Positions 1 to 9,673 of a stretch of 64,000 nucleotides of DNA are shown in pieces. This DNA comes from Nanobdellati archaeon (lineage in GTDB: Archaea; Nanobdellota; Nanobdellia; Woesearchaeales; GCA-2686295): NCBI GenBank assembly GCA_014384375.1, contig JACNFY010000034.1:1674-65673 (forward strand). The letters are read 5' to 3'. How positions within the stretch are numbered: the first letter of the stretch is position 1; every line of letters begins with the position of its first letter. The translations under genes were made by a program, and so were the position numbers. The notes under the pieces were generated by a model, which searched no databases, was not told the origin of the DNA, and saw only the letters and a list, made by a program, of their open reading frames with translations.

Positions 1-257
1 AGAAGAACTGCTTTAACTCCTGCTTCTTTCAGCTCCTCTAGCAATTTCAATAGTCTTTCTGTTTTTATGAATTGAGTTTTTTCAAAATCAACTCCAACAT
101 TTACTTTATTGGATCTGTGAACACAGTAAGAACAATTATGATTGCAGACATTCGTTACATCAATCTGAACTTGAGCAGGAATTTGTAATTTGTTCTGCTT
201 AAGAAGTTTTATCTTGTCAGAGTGATGCAATACTTTGAAAGGAGAGTATATATCCAT
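1..257 (-). CDS. radical SAM enzyme, N-terminal fragment (gene continues beyond window start)
   Basis: Reverse-complement of 1-257 translates as MDIYSPFKVLHHSDKIKLLKQNKLQIPAQVQIDVTNVCNHNCSYCVHRSNK..., which carries a CxxxCxxC rSAM cluster motif. Start ATG is the reverse of 255-257. Confidence 0.55.
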   Translation of the reverse strand, partial: MDIYSPFKVLHHSDKIKLLKQNKLQIPAQVQIDVTNVCNHNCSYCVHRSNKVNVGVDFEKTQFIKTERLLKLLEELKEAGVKAVL

Positions 258-280
258 GAAATAGTAAGAATCTGTTTCTA

Positions 281-1729
281 TTAAATAGTTTTTTGTTTTA
301 ATTCTAGTATTTTTGGATTGCCTTCTCTTAGTATAAAATAATTGTCTAATATCTTATTTATTTTTTTATTTTTGTTGAAGTTGATGAATTTTTCTTCTCT
401 TTCTTCAAAAATTAGTATGTATTTCACTTTTTCATTTGATGTTTTTCTTATGAATAAATATTCTTGAAAGTCAAAAACACTTATTCCAGGAGGTTCTCTT
501 TTGGTTAACCAATATATTTCGGGAGACCATCCAAAAGCAATAAATGTCTCGTTTTCATTTAGATTATGTTTTAGAAAGTTTATGGTCTCCTTTTGCTCTT
601 GCTTTGAGTCAAAGCCACTGTATGGAATGTTTATATTTCCTTTATTAATTGGAAAATCCTTCCACTGAATACTTTGTGAAATTATACTAATTGCTAGTAT
701 TATTATAATAATTGCATAGAATTTTTTATTTTTAATATTCTTACTTAGAATAGAACCTGCCATAATACTAGCTGGTGGTACTACCATTAAGAAATAATGA
801 CCAAAAGATGGAGGAATTAGAGTTGTTATAAAGAATGAAATAAACCACAAAAAAATTAGTGTATCTTTTTTTAAAACTTTTTTTTCCTTAAATTTTTTTA
901 TTGTATTTGTAATCCATATAGTGACTAATGTCCACATTATAAATCCTTGACTAATTATGAAGAACCAATAATCTAATTCAACATATCTATAAAAACCTCC
1001 TTTATTGTAGCGAAGGATTAGAAAATCAAATAAAAAAAATCTCAAATAATGAAAAATATTCTGGGCTAAATAGAATGCTATAATAATAAATCCCAATATT
1101 ATTGTCGGAGATAAAAATAGTAACACATTTTTTGTTCTATTTTTCTTTTCTTTTAATAGTAGATATAATGAAGGTATTATCCAAACCATCGCAGATTGTT
1201 TTATAGTTATCGCTATGAAGAATGAGATTCCTGATATTATCAAAAACCAGTTGTTTTTTGTTTCCAAATATTTTATTATGAAATAGAACGAGAAAATAAT
1301 GAAATACACTAAGAATGATTCAGCCATAGCTAACTGTCCTTCATAGAATGGAATATTCATAAAGAAGATATAAGCTATTAGTGACCATAAAGCGGTTTTT
1401 TTATTGTATAATTTTTTTGTAGTCTGGAAGAGAATAAGTATTGATAGCAAGAATAAGATATTATTGACAATTCTTGCAGAGTATATATTGTTTCCTAGAA
1501 GTTTTGTTGAAGCCAAGTATATTACGAATATGCCTGGTGGTTTACTTTCTGCAATGTCTTTATATAATAATTCGTCATTTGACATCCTCCAAGCAACTTG
1601 GCCAAAAGTTCCTTCATCTCTCTCTATAATTGTATCAATCCAAGCAAATCTTAATATTAAAGCCAGTATTATTAAAAGTATCAAGTATTTGTAGTTTCTA
1701 AGCTTAATAAAGAATTTTTTATCTGTCAT
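281..1729 (-). CDS. GT-C superfamily membrane glycosyltransferase (PMT_2/ArnT-like)
   Basis: 482 aa, multi-TM, with an N-terminal loop DE motif (IERDEGTFGQVAWRM) followed by a KPPG loop, typical of GT39/GT83-like polyprenyl-phosphate-sugar dependent transferases. Confidence 0.55.
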   Translation of the reverse strand: MTDKKFFIKLRNYKYLILLIILALILRFAWIDTIIERDEGTFGQVAWRMSNDELLYKDIAESKPPGIFVIYLASTKLLGNNIYSARIVNNILFLLSILILFQTTKKLYNKKTALWSLIAYIFFMNIPFYEGQLAMAESFLVYFIIFSFYFIIKYLETKNNWFLIISGISFFIAITIKQSAMVWIIPSLYLLLKEKKNRTKNVLLFLSPTIILGFIIIAFYLAQNIFHYLRFFLFDFLILRYNKGGFYRYVELDYWFFIISQGFIMWTLVTIWITNTIKKFKEKKVLKKDTLIFLWFISFFITTLIPPSFGHYFLMVVPPASIMAGSILSKNIKNKKFYAIIIIILAISIISQSIQWKDFPINKGNINIPYSGFDSKQEQKETINFLKHNLNENETFIAFGWSPEIYWLTKREPPGISVFDFQEYLFIRKTSNEKVKYILIFEEREEKFINFNKNKKINKILDNYFILREGNPKILELKQKTI

Positions 1730-1786
1730 TTAAGTTTTTTATGTTAGAATGGTATTTAAATATTACTTAATGATATTCTTTCTGTA

Positions 1787-2344
1787 TTAATATGTTGCGT
1801 GTACGTCTTCTCCGGTTTCGCAAGTTGCTTGTTCTTTTTTCAAGGCACTATATGGGTTTTCTTGGAATTCATCATTTAATTCCTTTAAGCCAGGAACTTT
1901 ATCAACATTAGGATTGGACATCCATATTCCAAGAGCTCTATCTAGCATCTCTTCTGTTATCCATTCGCATATACTGTAGTTTTTTAAATCATCTGCGATG
2001 TATTTTATGCAGTTTATCATGAGTTCCTGCTCACATCTGTCTATTGTTTTTTCTGGAAAAACCTCTCTGTTTTTATAGAACAAGGAGCAGAGTTCAGGGG
2101 TTTCAGCAATCCTACTCTCCAATTGCTGGCAGTATAATAGGACTTCTTCTTCGATTAATACTTCTCCTATTCCTAAGTCAGTTACTTCTTCGTCTATCTC
2201 TTCTTTGGTTATTTCTTCATCTATCTCTTCTTCTACAGCCTTGTTAATTAGAATTGTTCCGATTATTATTATTAATCCTATTACGAAAACAATTGTTAAT
2301 GTTTTTAGACTTACTTCTTCAGCTTCTTCTCTTTTTTTAGGCAT
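1787..2344 (-). CDS. membrane-anchored acidic protein with paired-cysteine modules
   Basis: N-terminal TM helix, a Glu-rich linker, then C-x-Q-L-x9-C and C-x-Q-E-x5-C modules resembling those in the ORFs at 52459, 55350 and 55783. Confidence 0.35.
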   Translation of the reverse strand: MPKKREEAEEVSLKTLTIVFVIGLIIIIGTILINKAVEEEIDEEITKEEIDEEVTDLGIGEVLIEEEVLLYCQQLESRIAETPELCSLFYKNREVFPEKTIDRCEQELMINCIKYIADDLKNYSICEWITEEMLDRALGIWMSNPNVDKVPGLKELNDEFQENPYSALKKEQATCETGEDVHATY

Positions 2345-2360
2345 GTGTGTTTTATAGGTT

Positions 2361-3410
2361 TTATTCTTTTTTAAATATTGCTTTTTTTATTCTTAGTACT
2401 AAGAAGCTCAATGCTTCGAAGAATAAAGTTATCCTCTGTTTCATATTTCTTGCTAGTAATATTCTGAGCAACCATCTTTTTAAAGTTATTAAAAATAAAC
2501 TCTTTTTTGTAAACAACTCTTTTTCTGTTAGACTAAGAATAAACAATTGGTATTTACTAGAATTATTCATTATTTTTTTTAAGACATTATTTGGAATCTT
2601 TGCATTTAATAATTTTTTACTTAAACTTAACGCTTTGTATACGAAAGAAGAACAGTTCCATTTCTTGGATTTTATTATTATATTATTCCAGTTTAATTCT
2701 TCTTTTTCGATTATTTTTTTTATATCCAAGAGATTTCGAATTCCTAAAAGAAAGAAATTATCATAAGATGTTTGTGTGCATAGGTATATTAGAGAATCTT
2801 CTATTTTAGGAATGTATATTTTCATATCAAACAGGTCTGTCTTCTTCTTGCTGATTTCGTTTATTGGAATTTCAAAGGGACTATTTACCTGTTCCAGTTG
2901 GTGGTGAATCTCTATTATTACTTTCATTCCTCCGACTCTTTTTGTCAGTGGTTTGTAATGGTGAAAGTGTTTCTTATAGAATTTTTCAGAATAATCGTTT
3001 TTTTCTTTATATCCTAGTGTTTTTATTTTTTTTGTTATATTTCTTTCATCTTTCAGGCACAACAGGTCAATATCTGTCAGAAACCTTTCCCCAAAGTCTT
3101 GTTTTGTAACAGCTATTATTGAGAATCCCTTTATAAGAACAGCGTCTTTTTTGTAGTGTTCTAATTTAGTTAGCATTTTCTTTAACTCGTTCAATAAAAC
3201 CAAGTTTCTTTTTGTATTATGAAGATAGAATTTTTTTAGTTCCTCATTGATTTCATTGGGAATATCAATATTAAATAATTGTATTTTTTTGTATAAAACT
3301 CCAGAAAGTGCGTTTCTGTTAGAAATTTTTAGGAATCTCTGCCAGTCTACTTTTTTCGTTGAGAATTTTTTACCATTAAGAGTTTTAATTATTATCTCTT
3401 CTTCTTTCAT
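2361..3410 (-). CDS. nucleotidyltransferase-fold protein (pol-beta superfamily)
   Basis: IKGFSIIAVTKQDFGERFLTDIDLLCL fits the hG[GS]...[DE]h[DE]h NTase core. A 4-nt overlap with the downstream B12-rSAM gene suggests an operon. Confidence 0.45.
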   Translation of the reverse strand: MKEEEIIIKTLNGKKFSTKKVDWQRFLKISNRNALSGVLYKKIQLFNIDIPNEINEELKKFYLHNTKRNLVLLNELKKMLTKLEHYKKDAVLIKGFSIIAVTKQDFGERFLTDIDLLCLKDERNITKKIKTLGYKEKNDYSEKFYKKHFHHYKPLTKRVGGMKVIIEIHHQLEQVNSPFEIPINEISKKKTDLFDMKIYIPKIEDSLIYLCTQTSYDNFFLLGIRNLLDIKKIIEKEELNWNNIIIKSKKWNCSSFVYKALSLSKKLLNAKIPNNVLKKIMNNSSKYQLFILSLTEKELFTKKSLFLITLKRWLLRILLARNMKQRITLFFEALSFLVLRIKKAIFKKE

Positions 3411-4795
3411 TTGAAAGCAATCATTAAATATGTTAACAAACCCTTTGCCAAGTACTTTGCTTTTCTTGGATTTAAAAGTAGCCCTAGATAGTAAAGTAAT
3501 ATTCTGGGTTGAAGATAGAATCCCAACTGTATCCTCTTAAACTCCTTTTTGAGTTTTTTCTCAGTTAAATCTTTTGGAATAAAATTTACTTGAAATGTTT
3601 TATTAGTGTAACTTTTGATTTTACCAAATTTTTCCGCTTCTTTCTCTAGTTTTACACTCCTCATAGGAGTGAAGAAATCCAATAAAATATCATCCGGCTT
3701 TGTTTTCTTTATGAGAGTCTTTGTTTCGTTTATTGTTTCAGTTGTTTCTCCAGGACTTCCAATAATAAAGAAAGCGCGAACTCTAATACCTGACTTCTTG
3801 ATTTCTTTTACTTGGCGTATTATTTGCTGTCTGGTTATTTTTTTATTTAAAATTTCTAGTATCTTATCTGATCCACTTTCTATACCAAAAGATATTTGCC
3901 AACAACCGACTTTTTTCATTAGTCTGGCTAGTTTGTAGTCTAATGTGTCTATCCTTGTTTGACAGCTCCAACTCATGTTTACTTTTTTTCTTATGAGTTC
4001 TTCACAGAATTTTTCTGTCCTTTTTCTTGGAATTGTAAAAACATCATCATAGAAACAGATGTCTTTTACTTTGTACTTTGTTTTTAAGAAATTCATTAAT
4101 GGAACCATGTATTTTGGAGAATTATAGCTTAATTCATTCCCAAAAACTGATTGATGGCAGAATGAGCAATTCCACAAACATCCCCTAGCAGTCAGCAGAT
4201 TTATTGAAGGAGCATCCTTAAACATGCTCGGTGTTGGTTCATACAGGTCCGGGAATCCTTCTAAAAGATCAAATGATGGAAAAGGAACTGTATCTAAATT
4301 CTTGATTCTTGTGTTTTCCTGTTTTGTTTTTATTAGTTTATTGTTTTCTCTGAATATGATTCCTCCTATTTTTGAAAGTTCTTTGTTGTTTATTATTTCT
4401 AGAATATGTTTATCTGATTCTCCTAGCACAGCAATGTCAAAGAATTCACAATCTTTCATAGTACTTTCTGGTACAGCAGAAACATGCGGCCCGCCAACAA
4501 TTATTTTTATCTTTGGGTTAAAATGTCTAATCCTCTCTGCCAGTATTTCTGAGTTTTGAAGAAAATCACTTATAATGCTGATTGCAACAAAGTCAGAATT
4601 TAATTCTTTGATCCTTTTAATTGTTTCATCAATGGTTAAGTATAGATTTTGTGCGTCAATTATGCTTGTTTCAATACCTGCTTTTCTTGTTGAAGAAGCA
4701 AGTTGGCAGATTCCGAGAGGAACTCTTTTGAACTCTTCGATAAAGTCATTTTTTCTTTTGTTTCTTGGCGGATTAATAAAAACTATTTTTACCAT
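3407..4795 (-). CDS. B12-binding domain radical SAM enzyme (class B)
   Basis: The N-terminus looks like a cobalamin-binding Rossmann domain (IIDAQNLYLTIDE...VAISIIS..IIVGGPH), followed by an ARGCLWNCSFCHQ CxxxCxxC motif. Confidence 0.6.
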   Translation of the reverse strand: MVKIVFINPPRNKRKNDFIEEFKRVPLGICQLASSTRKAGIETSIIDAQNLYLTIDETIKRIKELNSDFVAISIISDFLQNSEILAERIRHFNPKIKIIVGGPHVSAVPESTMKDCEFFDIAVLGESDKHILEIINNKELSKIGGIIFRENNKLIKTKQENTRIKNLDTVPFPSFDLLEGFPDLYEPTPSMFKDAPSINLLTARGCLWNCSFCHQSVFGNELSYNSPKYMVPLMNFLKTKYKVKDICFYDDVFTIPRKRTEKFCEELIRKKVNMSWSCQTRIDTLDYKLARLMKKVGCWQISFGIESGSDKILEILNKKITRQQIIRQVKEIKKSGIRVRAFFIIGSPGETTETINETKTLIKKTKPDDILLDFFTPMRSVKLEKEAEKFGKIKSYTNKTFQVNFIPKDLTEKKLKKEFKRIQLGFYLQPRILLYYLGLLLNPRKAKYLAKGLLTYLMIAFK

Positions 4796-4801
4796 TCTTT
4801 T

Positions 4802-5827
4802 TCATATGAATTCCAAATGCATCTTATTATCAAGTATTAAATCTTTAGCATAATTGTTGTATTGATGAAAAGGACAATCATATATGTTGCAAAGCTTTAG
4901 ATCAGGCATCTTAATTATTTTTTTATGTTTCTTACTGTTCCATATATCATCAAAGCTTTGTGTGTATATATTTCCAATAGACGGGGTTTTTATATGGTTG
5001 AAAAAGACGCATAAGTGAACATCTCCGTTAGAATTTATAAGTGTGTGTAGAGGATTTGTGAAGCATTGATTTCTTATATGCGTTTTCTCCAGAGAACTGT
5101 AAACTTTGAAGTCTTTATTTGATAGCTTCTTCGATTTTGCTAATAGTTTTTTTGCGATAGATAATTCTTCTTTATTTATTTCATTCTCATTATTCCTCAA
5201 ACACTTGAATTGTATGTAATCAACATTAAGTTGTTTTGCTTTTTTGCTCATTTCTAATATATTCTTATAATTGATTTTTGAAACCAGAACTTTCAGACCA
5301 ATTATTGTTTTTAAATTATAATTATTTTTTATTTTCACTAATAATTCTATGTTTTTTAGTAGCTTTTCATAATCGTTTTTTTGATGTATTTTTTCATATT
5401 CTTCATTATTAGATGCATCAAAAGCTATCCTGATGAAGAAGCAGTTCTCCAAAATGTTTTTGGCGTTTTTTTCGTTGAATAATATTGCGTTTGTGAAAAG
5501 TCCAACTTTAAGTCCTGATTTACTTGCATGTCTAATAACTTCTTCTATCTTAGGATGCATTAATGGCTCTCCCCCACCAGATATTTCTACTCCTTCAACT
5601 CCTTTGTCCTTCACTTGATTAAGCAAGGACTTGAAAATCTCCAAATTAAGAAAAGGTTTTTCTTCTTTATGCAAATCCAAAGAATGGCAACCAACGCATG
5701 TATGGTTACATCTCTCTGATATAAAGAAGTGTACAGTTCTTGGATAAGGAAATTCTCCTCTGATTATCTCTTTTATTTCCTTATAATGAGTTAATACTTT
5801 TTCTTTTACAAAAGGTGTTTCTTCCAT
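4802..5827 (-). CDS. radical SAM/SPASM-domain enzyme
   Basis: ISERCNHTCVGCHS cluster motif, GGGEP, and C-terminal Cys-rich auxiliary-cluster pattern (CFTNP...HLCVFF...CNIYDCPFH). Paralogous in layout to the rSAMs at 13731, 17504 and 18846. Confidence 0.6.
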   Translation of the reverse strand: MEETPFVKEKVLTHYKEIKEIIRGEFPYPRTVHFFISERCNHTCVGCHSLDLHKEEKPFLNLEIFKSLLNQVKDKGVEGVEISGGGEPLMHPKIEEVIRHASKSGLKVGLFTNAILFNEKNAKNILENCFFIRIAFDASNNEEYEKIHQKNDYEKLLKNIELLVKIKNNYNLKTIIGLKVLVSKINYKNILEMSKKAKQLNVDYIQFKCLRNNENEINKEELSIAKKLLAKSKKLSNKDFKVYSSLEKTHIRNQCFTNPLHTLINSNGDVHLCVFFNHIKTPSIGNIYTQSFDDIWNSKKHKKIIKMPDLKLCNIYDCPFHQYNNYAKDLILDNKMHLEFI

Positions 5828-6507
5828 TTTATGAATAAAATTATTGTCCCTATAAAAGCAATGATTGAGTGCTTTATAATTCTTACTTTTGATTCTTTGC
5901 GATGCTTAAACTTTACAGGAAATTCCTTAATCTTATAACCTTTATCTCTAATCTTCAGATATATTTCTAACAAACTCTCAAAGCCAGTTCTTTGAAGGTC
6001 AAGATTTTTTATTGCTTTTCGTTTGAAAATAGCAAATCCACTTTCAATATCTTTTATTTTTAATCCAAACAAAATCCTGTATAAAAAATAATACATTCTA
6101 CTTATAATCTTTCTATGAAAAGGATAATCTGCTTTTGTTCCGACAAACCTTGAACCTATTATTACATCCAAGTTTGTATTTGAAAAAGCTTTGTAAAACT
6201 TATTTATATGAGATGGAGAAACAGCCATATCAGCATCTAAAATGACAACATAGTCTCCCTTTGCTTCATCAAACATTCGTTTATATGCTTCGCCCACACC
6301 TCTGTTTGGAAAGTAGGTTACTACTTTTACACTTTTATCTTTCTTTTGTATACTTTTGAGTTTTTCAAGTGTTGAATCTGTACTGCCATCATCAAACAAT
6401 ATTATTTCATATGGCTGTTTTATTTTTCTAAATTCTTTTTTTATCACAACATAACTTTTTTCAATTATTCTTTCCTCATTATAGCAAGGTATGCAAACAG
6501 ATATCAT
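5806..6507 (-). CDS. GT2 family glycosyltransferase (Dpm1/DPG-synthase-like)
   Basis: CIPCYNEE ... LFDDGSTD ... ILDADM motifs of GT-A fold inverting glycosyltransferases. Confidence 0.65.
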   Translation of the reverse strand: MISVCIPCYNEERIIEKSYVVIKKEFRKIKQPYEIILFDDGSTDSTLEKLKSIQKKDKSVKVVTYFPNRGVGEAYKRMFDEAKGDYVVILDADMAVSPSHINKFYKAFSNTNLDVIIGSRFVGTKADYPFHRKIISRMYYFLYRILFGLKIKDIESGFAIFKRKAIKNLDLQRTGFESLLEIYLKIRDKGYKIKEFPVKFKHRKESKVRIIKHSIIAFIGTIILFIKWKKHLL

Positions 6508-6559
6508 AATTTTTCCTCACTAAGATTATGAACTAAAAAAATTCTGAATTTTTTTGATA

Positions 6560-7432
6560 TCATCTTATTTTTTTTGTCGTTATTGATATTTTCCAAATTG
6601 AATGGTCTTTTTTTACTTTAAAATCAATCCATCCAAGGAATCTTGCTATTGTTTCTAATATGATAGCAATTAATAGGTGTAGTATCTTGCTGATATTTCT
6701 GAATGAGTATTTAATCACTGTTTTTAACAGCAAAGTTTTGTTCATTGTTGAAGCAGAATGATTTGTTCTTTTTCTTAGCTCTAGATGCCCTGCGTATATT
6801 CTTCTTCTTTGTCTTATAAAGTCCTTTATTGTTTCTGGTCCTTTGTTGTATACTATCGCTTTTGGTTCATATATTAGTTTTAATCCTTTCTTCTTAATTA
6901 TCGAAGCTATTTCTTCTTCATCAACAGCTGTTCTTGGTATTTTGTTTATGATGTTTCTAAAAGCTATTAATTCTCCGAATTTAGGATTCTCTTTTGATAT
7001 TAGATGATGCAATTTCCATTGTAGTTGAACTATGAAATTCATTAATTTTTTGTTGCTTTTGATTGGTATAAACCTCCCAGTTCCTATTCCAACTTTTGGA
7101 CTGCTAAGTCTTGAACAGAGATTTTCTATACTATTTATTTCAGGTATAGTGTCTGCGCTTTCTAAAACAAGAATTTTGCTTTTTGCTTTTTTTAAGAAAA
7201 GATTTATTGCTTCACTTTTTCCTTTTCTTTCTTTTTCAACTATCAGTTTTATCTTTTTGTTTTTCTTAGAGAAATTGTTTACTATTTCGTTTGTTTTATC
7301 TGTGCTTCCAGAAGAAACAACGATGATTTCTTTTATATTTGCTTTCTTTGTTTTTTGGTTTAGAATTGCGTTTAGAAGATTACCAATATTACTCTCTTCA
7401 TTATAGGCCATTACCCCCACAGATATGTTCAT
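6560..7432 (-). CDS. GT2 family glycosyltransferase
   Basis: VGVMAYNEESNI ... VVSSGSTDKT ... motif order typical of GT2. Confidence 0.55.
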   Translation of the reverse strand: MNISVGVMAYNEESNIGNLLNAILNQKTKKANIKEIIVVSSGSTDKTNEIVNNFSKKNKKIKLIVEKERKGKSEAINLFLKKAKSKILVLESADTIPEINSIENLCSRLSSPKVGIGTGRFIPIKSNKKLMNFIVQLQWKLHHLISKENPKFGELIAFRNIINKIPRTAVDEEEIASIIKKKGLKLIYEPKAIVYNKGPETIKDFIRQRRRIYAGHLELRKRTNHSASTMNKTLLLKTVIKYSFRNISKILHLLIAIILETIARFLGWIDFKVKKDHSIWKISITTKKIR

Positions 7433-7595
7433 TTTCCAAACAATTATAAATCCTAATTTATTAATAAATATTGTGTTAGAGGATTATTCTTTTCAAGTTG
7501 TTAATTTGCGTAACTGAATATAGTTTTTAGCAATTTTTATAAATGTGTGCCAATATTTACTTATAGTGGTGGGGCTCTAATATCAAAAAAATAAA

Positions 7596-8099
7596 ATGAC
7601 TGTTGAATTGAATTTATCGGTAAAAGAAGCAAAGCAAATATATCAACTACTAAAGGCATTTGATGAAGGCTTAATTGTGAACCCTTCTGAAGCATGGGAG
7701 TTAGACTATTATGATGAAAAAATTGCTGATAGGAAAGGGTTAAAGCCAGTCTTAAAAAAGATAGAGAAGTCGCTTCCAAAAGAAGAGACTAAAAAAACAA
7801 AGAAAACTGTTTTGAGAAGAAGGTATGACACATTCAATAATGAAATTAATGAATCGGTTTATAGGAAGATTGAAAGTGCCTTTAGTAATAAGAAAACAGT
7901 TGAGGTTGGTTATTTTAATATGTCTTCTACTGAGACTATAAAGCGAAAAATCGATGTTCACCATAAAACAAGAAAATATGTTATTGGCTACTGTCATTTA
8001 AGAAATGCTGTGAGAAAATTCAGGACAAGCAGAATTGTCTCTGCAAAAATAACAGATAAAAAATACGCCATTCCAGATAATTTTGATAAAAACAGGTAA
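7596..8099 (+). CDS. WYL-domain protein
   Basis: The C-terminal segment VEVGYFNMSSTETIKRKIDVHHKTRKYVIGYCHLRNAVRKFRTSRIVSAKI matches the WYL-domain pattern (Y..R.I.P....Y..GYC...R.FRldRI). Confidence 0.4.
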   Translation: MTVELNLSVKEAKQIYQLLKAFDEGLIVNPSEAWELDYYDEKIADRKGLKPVLKKIEKSLPKEETKKTKKTVLRRRYDTFNNEINESVYRKIESAFSNKKTVEVGYFNMSSTETIKRKIDVHHKTRKYVIGYCHLRNAVRKFRTSRIVSAKITDKKYAIPDNFDKNR

Positions 8100-8340
8100 A
8101 ATGGACAAAAAAGAAGGACTTGAGAATAATGAAGATGAACTCTGGAAAGATGGAGCTTTCATGGAGACGTTAGGGCCTCAAGATGTTAAAGAGAAAATGA
8201 AAACATTCCACAAAAAGCACAATGAAGATATGGATTACAATTGTAAAAAATGCAATAAAAAAATCTCGGCCCATAACAAAGATTGGCATGCTGGAATGTG
8301 TGATGAGTGCTTTAATAAGACTTATTTCAGTGAAGAATAA
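8083..8340 (+). CDS. small zinc-ribbon protein
   Basis: CKKCNKK...H..DWHAGMCDECFNK gives two CxxC pairs. The true start is probably the internal Met at 8101. Confidence 0.35.
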   Translation: MIKTGKMDKKEGLENNEDELWKDGAFMETLGPQDVKEKMKTFHKKHNEDMDYNCKKCNKKISAHNKDWHAGMCDECFNKTYFSEE

Positions 8341-8462
8341 AAGATGATGTAGAAGTACACGCTATATGTATATTGATGTATGATCCAAAACCAGAAAAAG
8401 TTTCTGAAATAAATATCAGAAATTCTTTTAATCAACAAAAACAAACAAGTTAAATGATTTGA

Positions 8463-8936
8463 CTAGAAATATGTCTTTTTAAAACTTTCTTTGAAATATT
8501 TTACTTTATCTTCTCTTAGTTTATCTGTGAATAGATCTAACTCTTCGATGAATTCTTCTGTTTTGGTTATCATATCTTCAACATCGTTCTTTGTTATTTT
8601 GAATTCTGTGTAGTATTGTTTATCTACTCGTTCTTGTTTTGCAAAAGAAATTTCTTTATTTTCTATTCCGAATAATTCTTTGAGTAATATTATTGTTGCA
8701 GCATGATTCTCACATTTTATTCCAATCAAGCGGAATAATGCGATAACTTTGTGAAACATTGCATAATATGCCATTGAAGTTGACTCTTCTAGCAGACTCT
8801 GTGCCAGTAATATTCTTGCTGCTTTAAATGAATTATTTGATTTTTGGGCATATGATTTTGAAACTTCTTTGCTTGCTTCAACTAATTTGATTTTTTCCTC
8901 TGTTACTAGTTTTTGAATAAAGTTTATTTGTCTCAC
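8463..8936 (-). CDS. HEPN-like partner of MNT (putative toxin)
   Basis: Helical 157-aa protein immediately downstream of the MNT with a 4-nt overlap, which is the typical MNT-HEPN arrangement. I could not confirm the R-x4-6-H motif by eye. Confidence 0.35.
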   Translation of the reverse strand: MRQINFIQKLVTEEKIKLVEASKEVSKSYAQKSNNSFKAARILLAQSLLEESTSMAYYAMFHKVIALFRLIGIKCENHAATIILLKELFGIENKEISFAKQERVDKQYYTEFKITKNDVEDMITKTEEFIEELDLFTDKLREDKVKYFKESFKKTYF

Positions 8937-9478
8937 TTTATTAATTGATAAAACCTTTCAAGATTTTGAATGATGACGTGATTCTTTATTATCTCTTTTG
9001 TAAGTAAGTTTTCTTTATCTAGTTCGCCTATTTTTACACTCAGTTTTTCCGATATCAATCTAGTTTTTTCTCTTAATTTTTTATCTGTTGTTTCAAGGTA
9101 AATATCTATGTCGCTGTTTTTTGTTGTGGTTCCTTTTGCTTGACTTCCAAAAAGAGCTATTAGTTCTCCTTTTGTTTTATTCTGTAATTCTTTTATTATT
9201 CTTCTAAGCTTTGGTTGTTGGATTATTTTAAGGAGTTTGTAATGTTCTGTAATGAAAAGATATATTTTTGCTTCTGGTGTTTCTTTAAGAAAGTATGTTT
9301 TGTTCTTTCCTTGTTGTTTAAAATCAACAATGTTTTCTTCTTCTAATTGTTTCATAATTCTCATGACTGTTGATGGGATGAGTCCTAAGTCTTCTCCTAT
9401 TTGCCTAATATGTGAGGGTTCTTTTCTAAGGAGTTCGATAATCTCAAAATCGTTTCTTTTTCGCAACATATGTTGCAT
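8933..9478 (-). CDS. wHTH-fused minimal nucleotidyltransferase (MNT antitoxin-type)
   Basis: N-terminal winged-helix region (IRQIGEDLGLIPSTVMRIMKQLEEENIV) followed by the classic MNT motif ALFGSQAKGTTTKNSDIDIYLE. Confidence 0.6.
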   Translation of the reverse strand: MQHMLRKRNDFEIIELLRKEPSHIRQIGEDLGLIPSTVMRIMKQLEEENIVDFKQQGKNKTYFLKETPEAKIYLFITEHYKLLKIIQQPKLRRIIKELQNKTKGELIALFGSQAKGTTTKNSDIDIYLETTDKKLREKTRLISEKLSVKIGELDKENLLTKEIIKNHVIIQNLERFYQLIK

Positions 9479-9673
9479 AATTGCAACAATGCTATTTAAA
9501 TCTTTCGTTTTTTATTGTAATTGTAAAAAAGAAATATTCAAATAATTTGTATACTACGCTATGTAAATAACATAATAATTTGCTTAAAATGTATGAAACA
9601 TATGATAGTTATGGATAGAAATATATAACTTTTTTAGAAAAGCTTTAATAATTCTTTATTATTATTTTATTTT

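Noticed and set aside
1404-4853. Plus-strand ORFs (1404, 2044, 2347, 2591, 2864, 3615, 4224, 4575) inside the minus-strand operon
   Set aside because: They are hydrophobic low-complexity antisense translations of AT-rich coding DNA, nested within longer motif-bearing genes.
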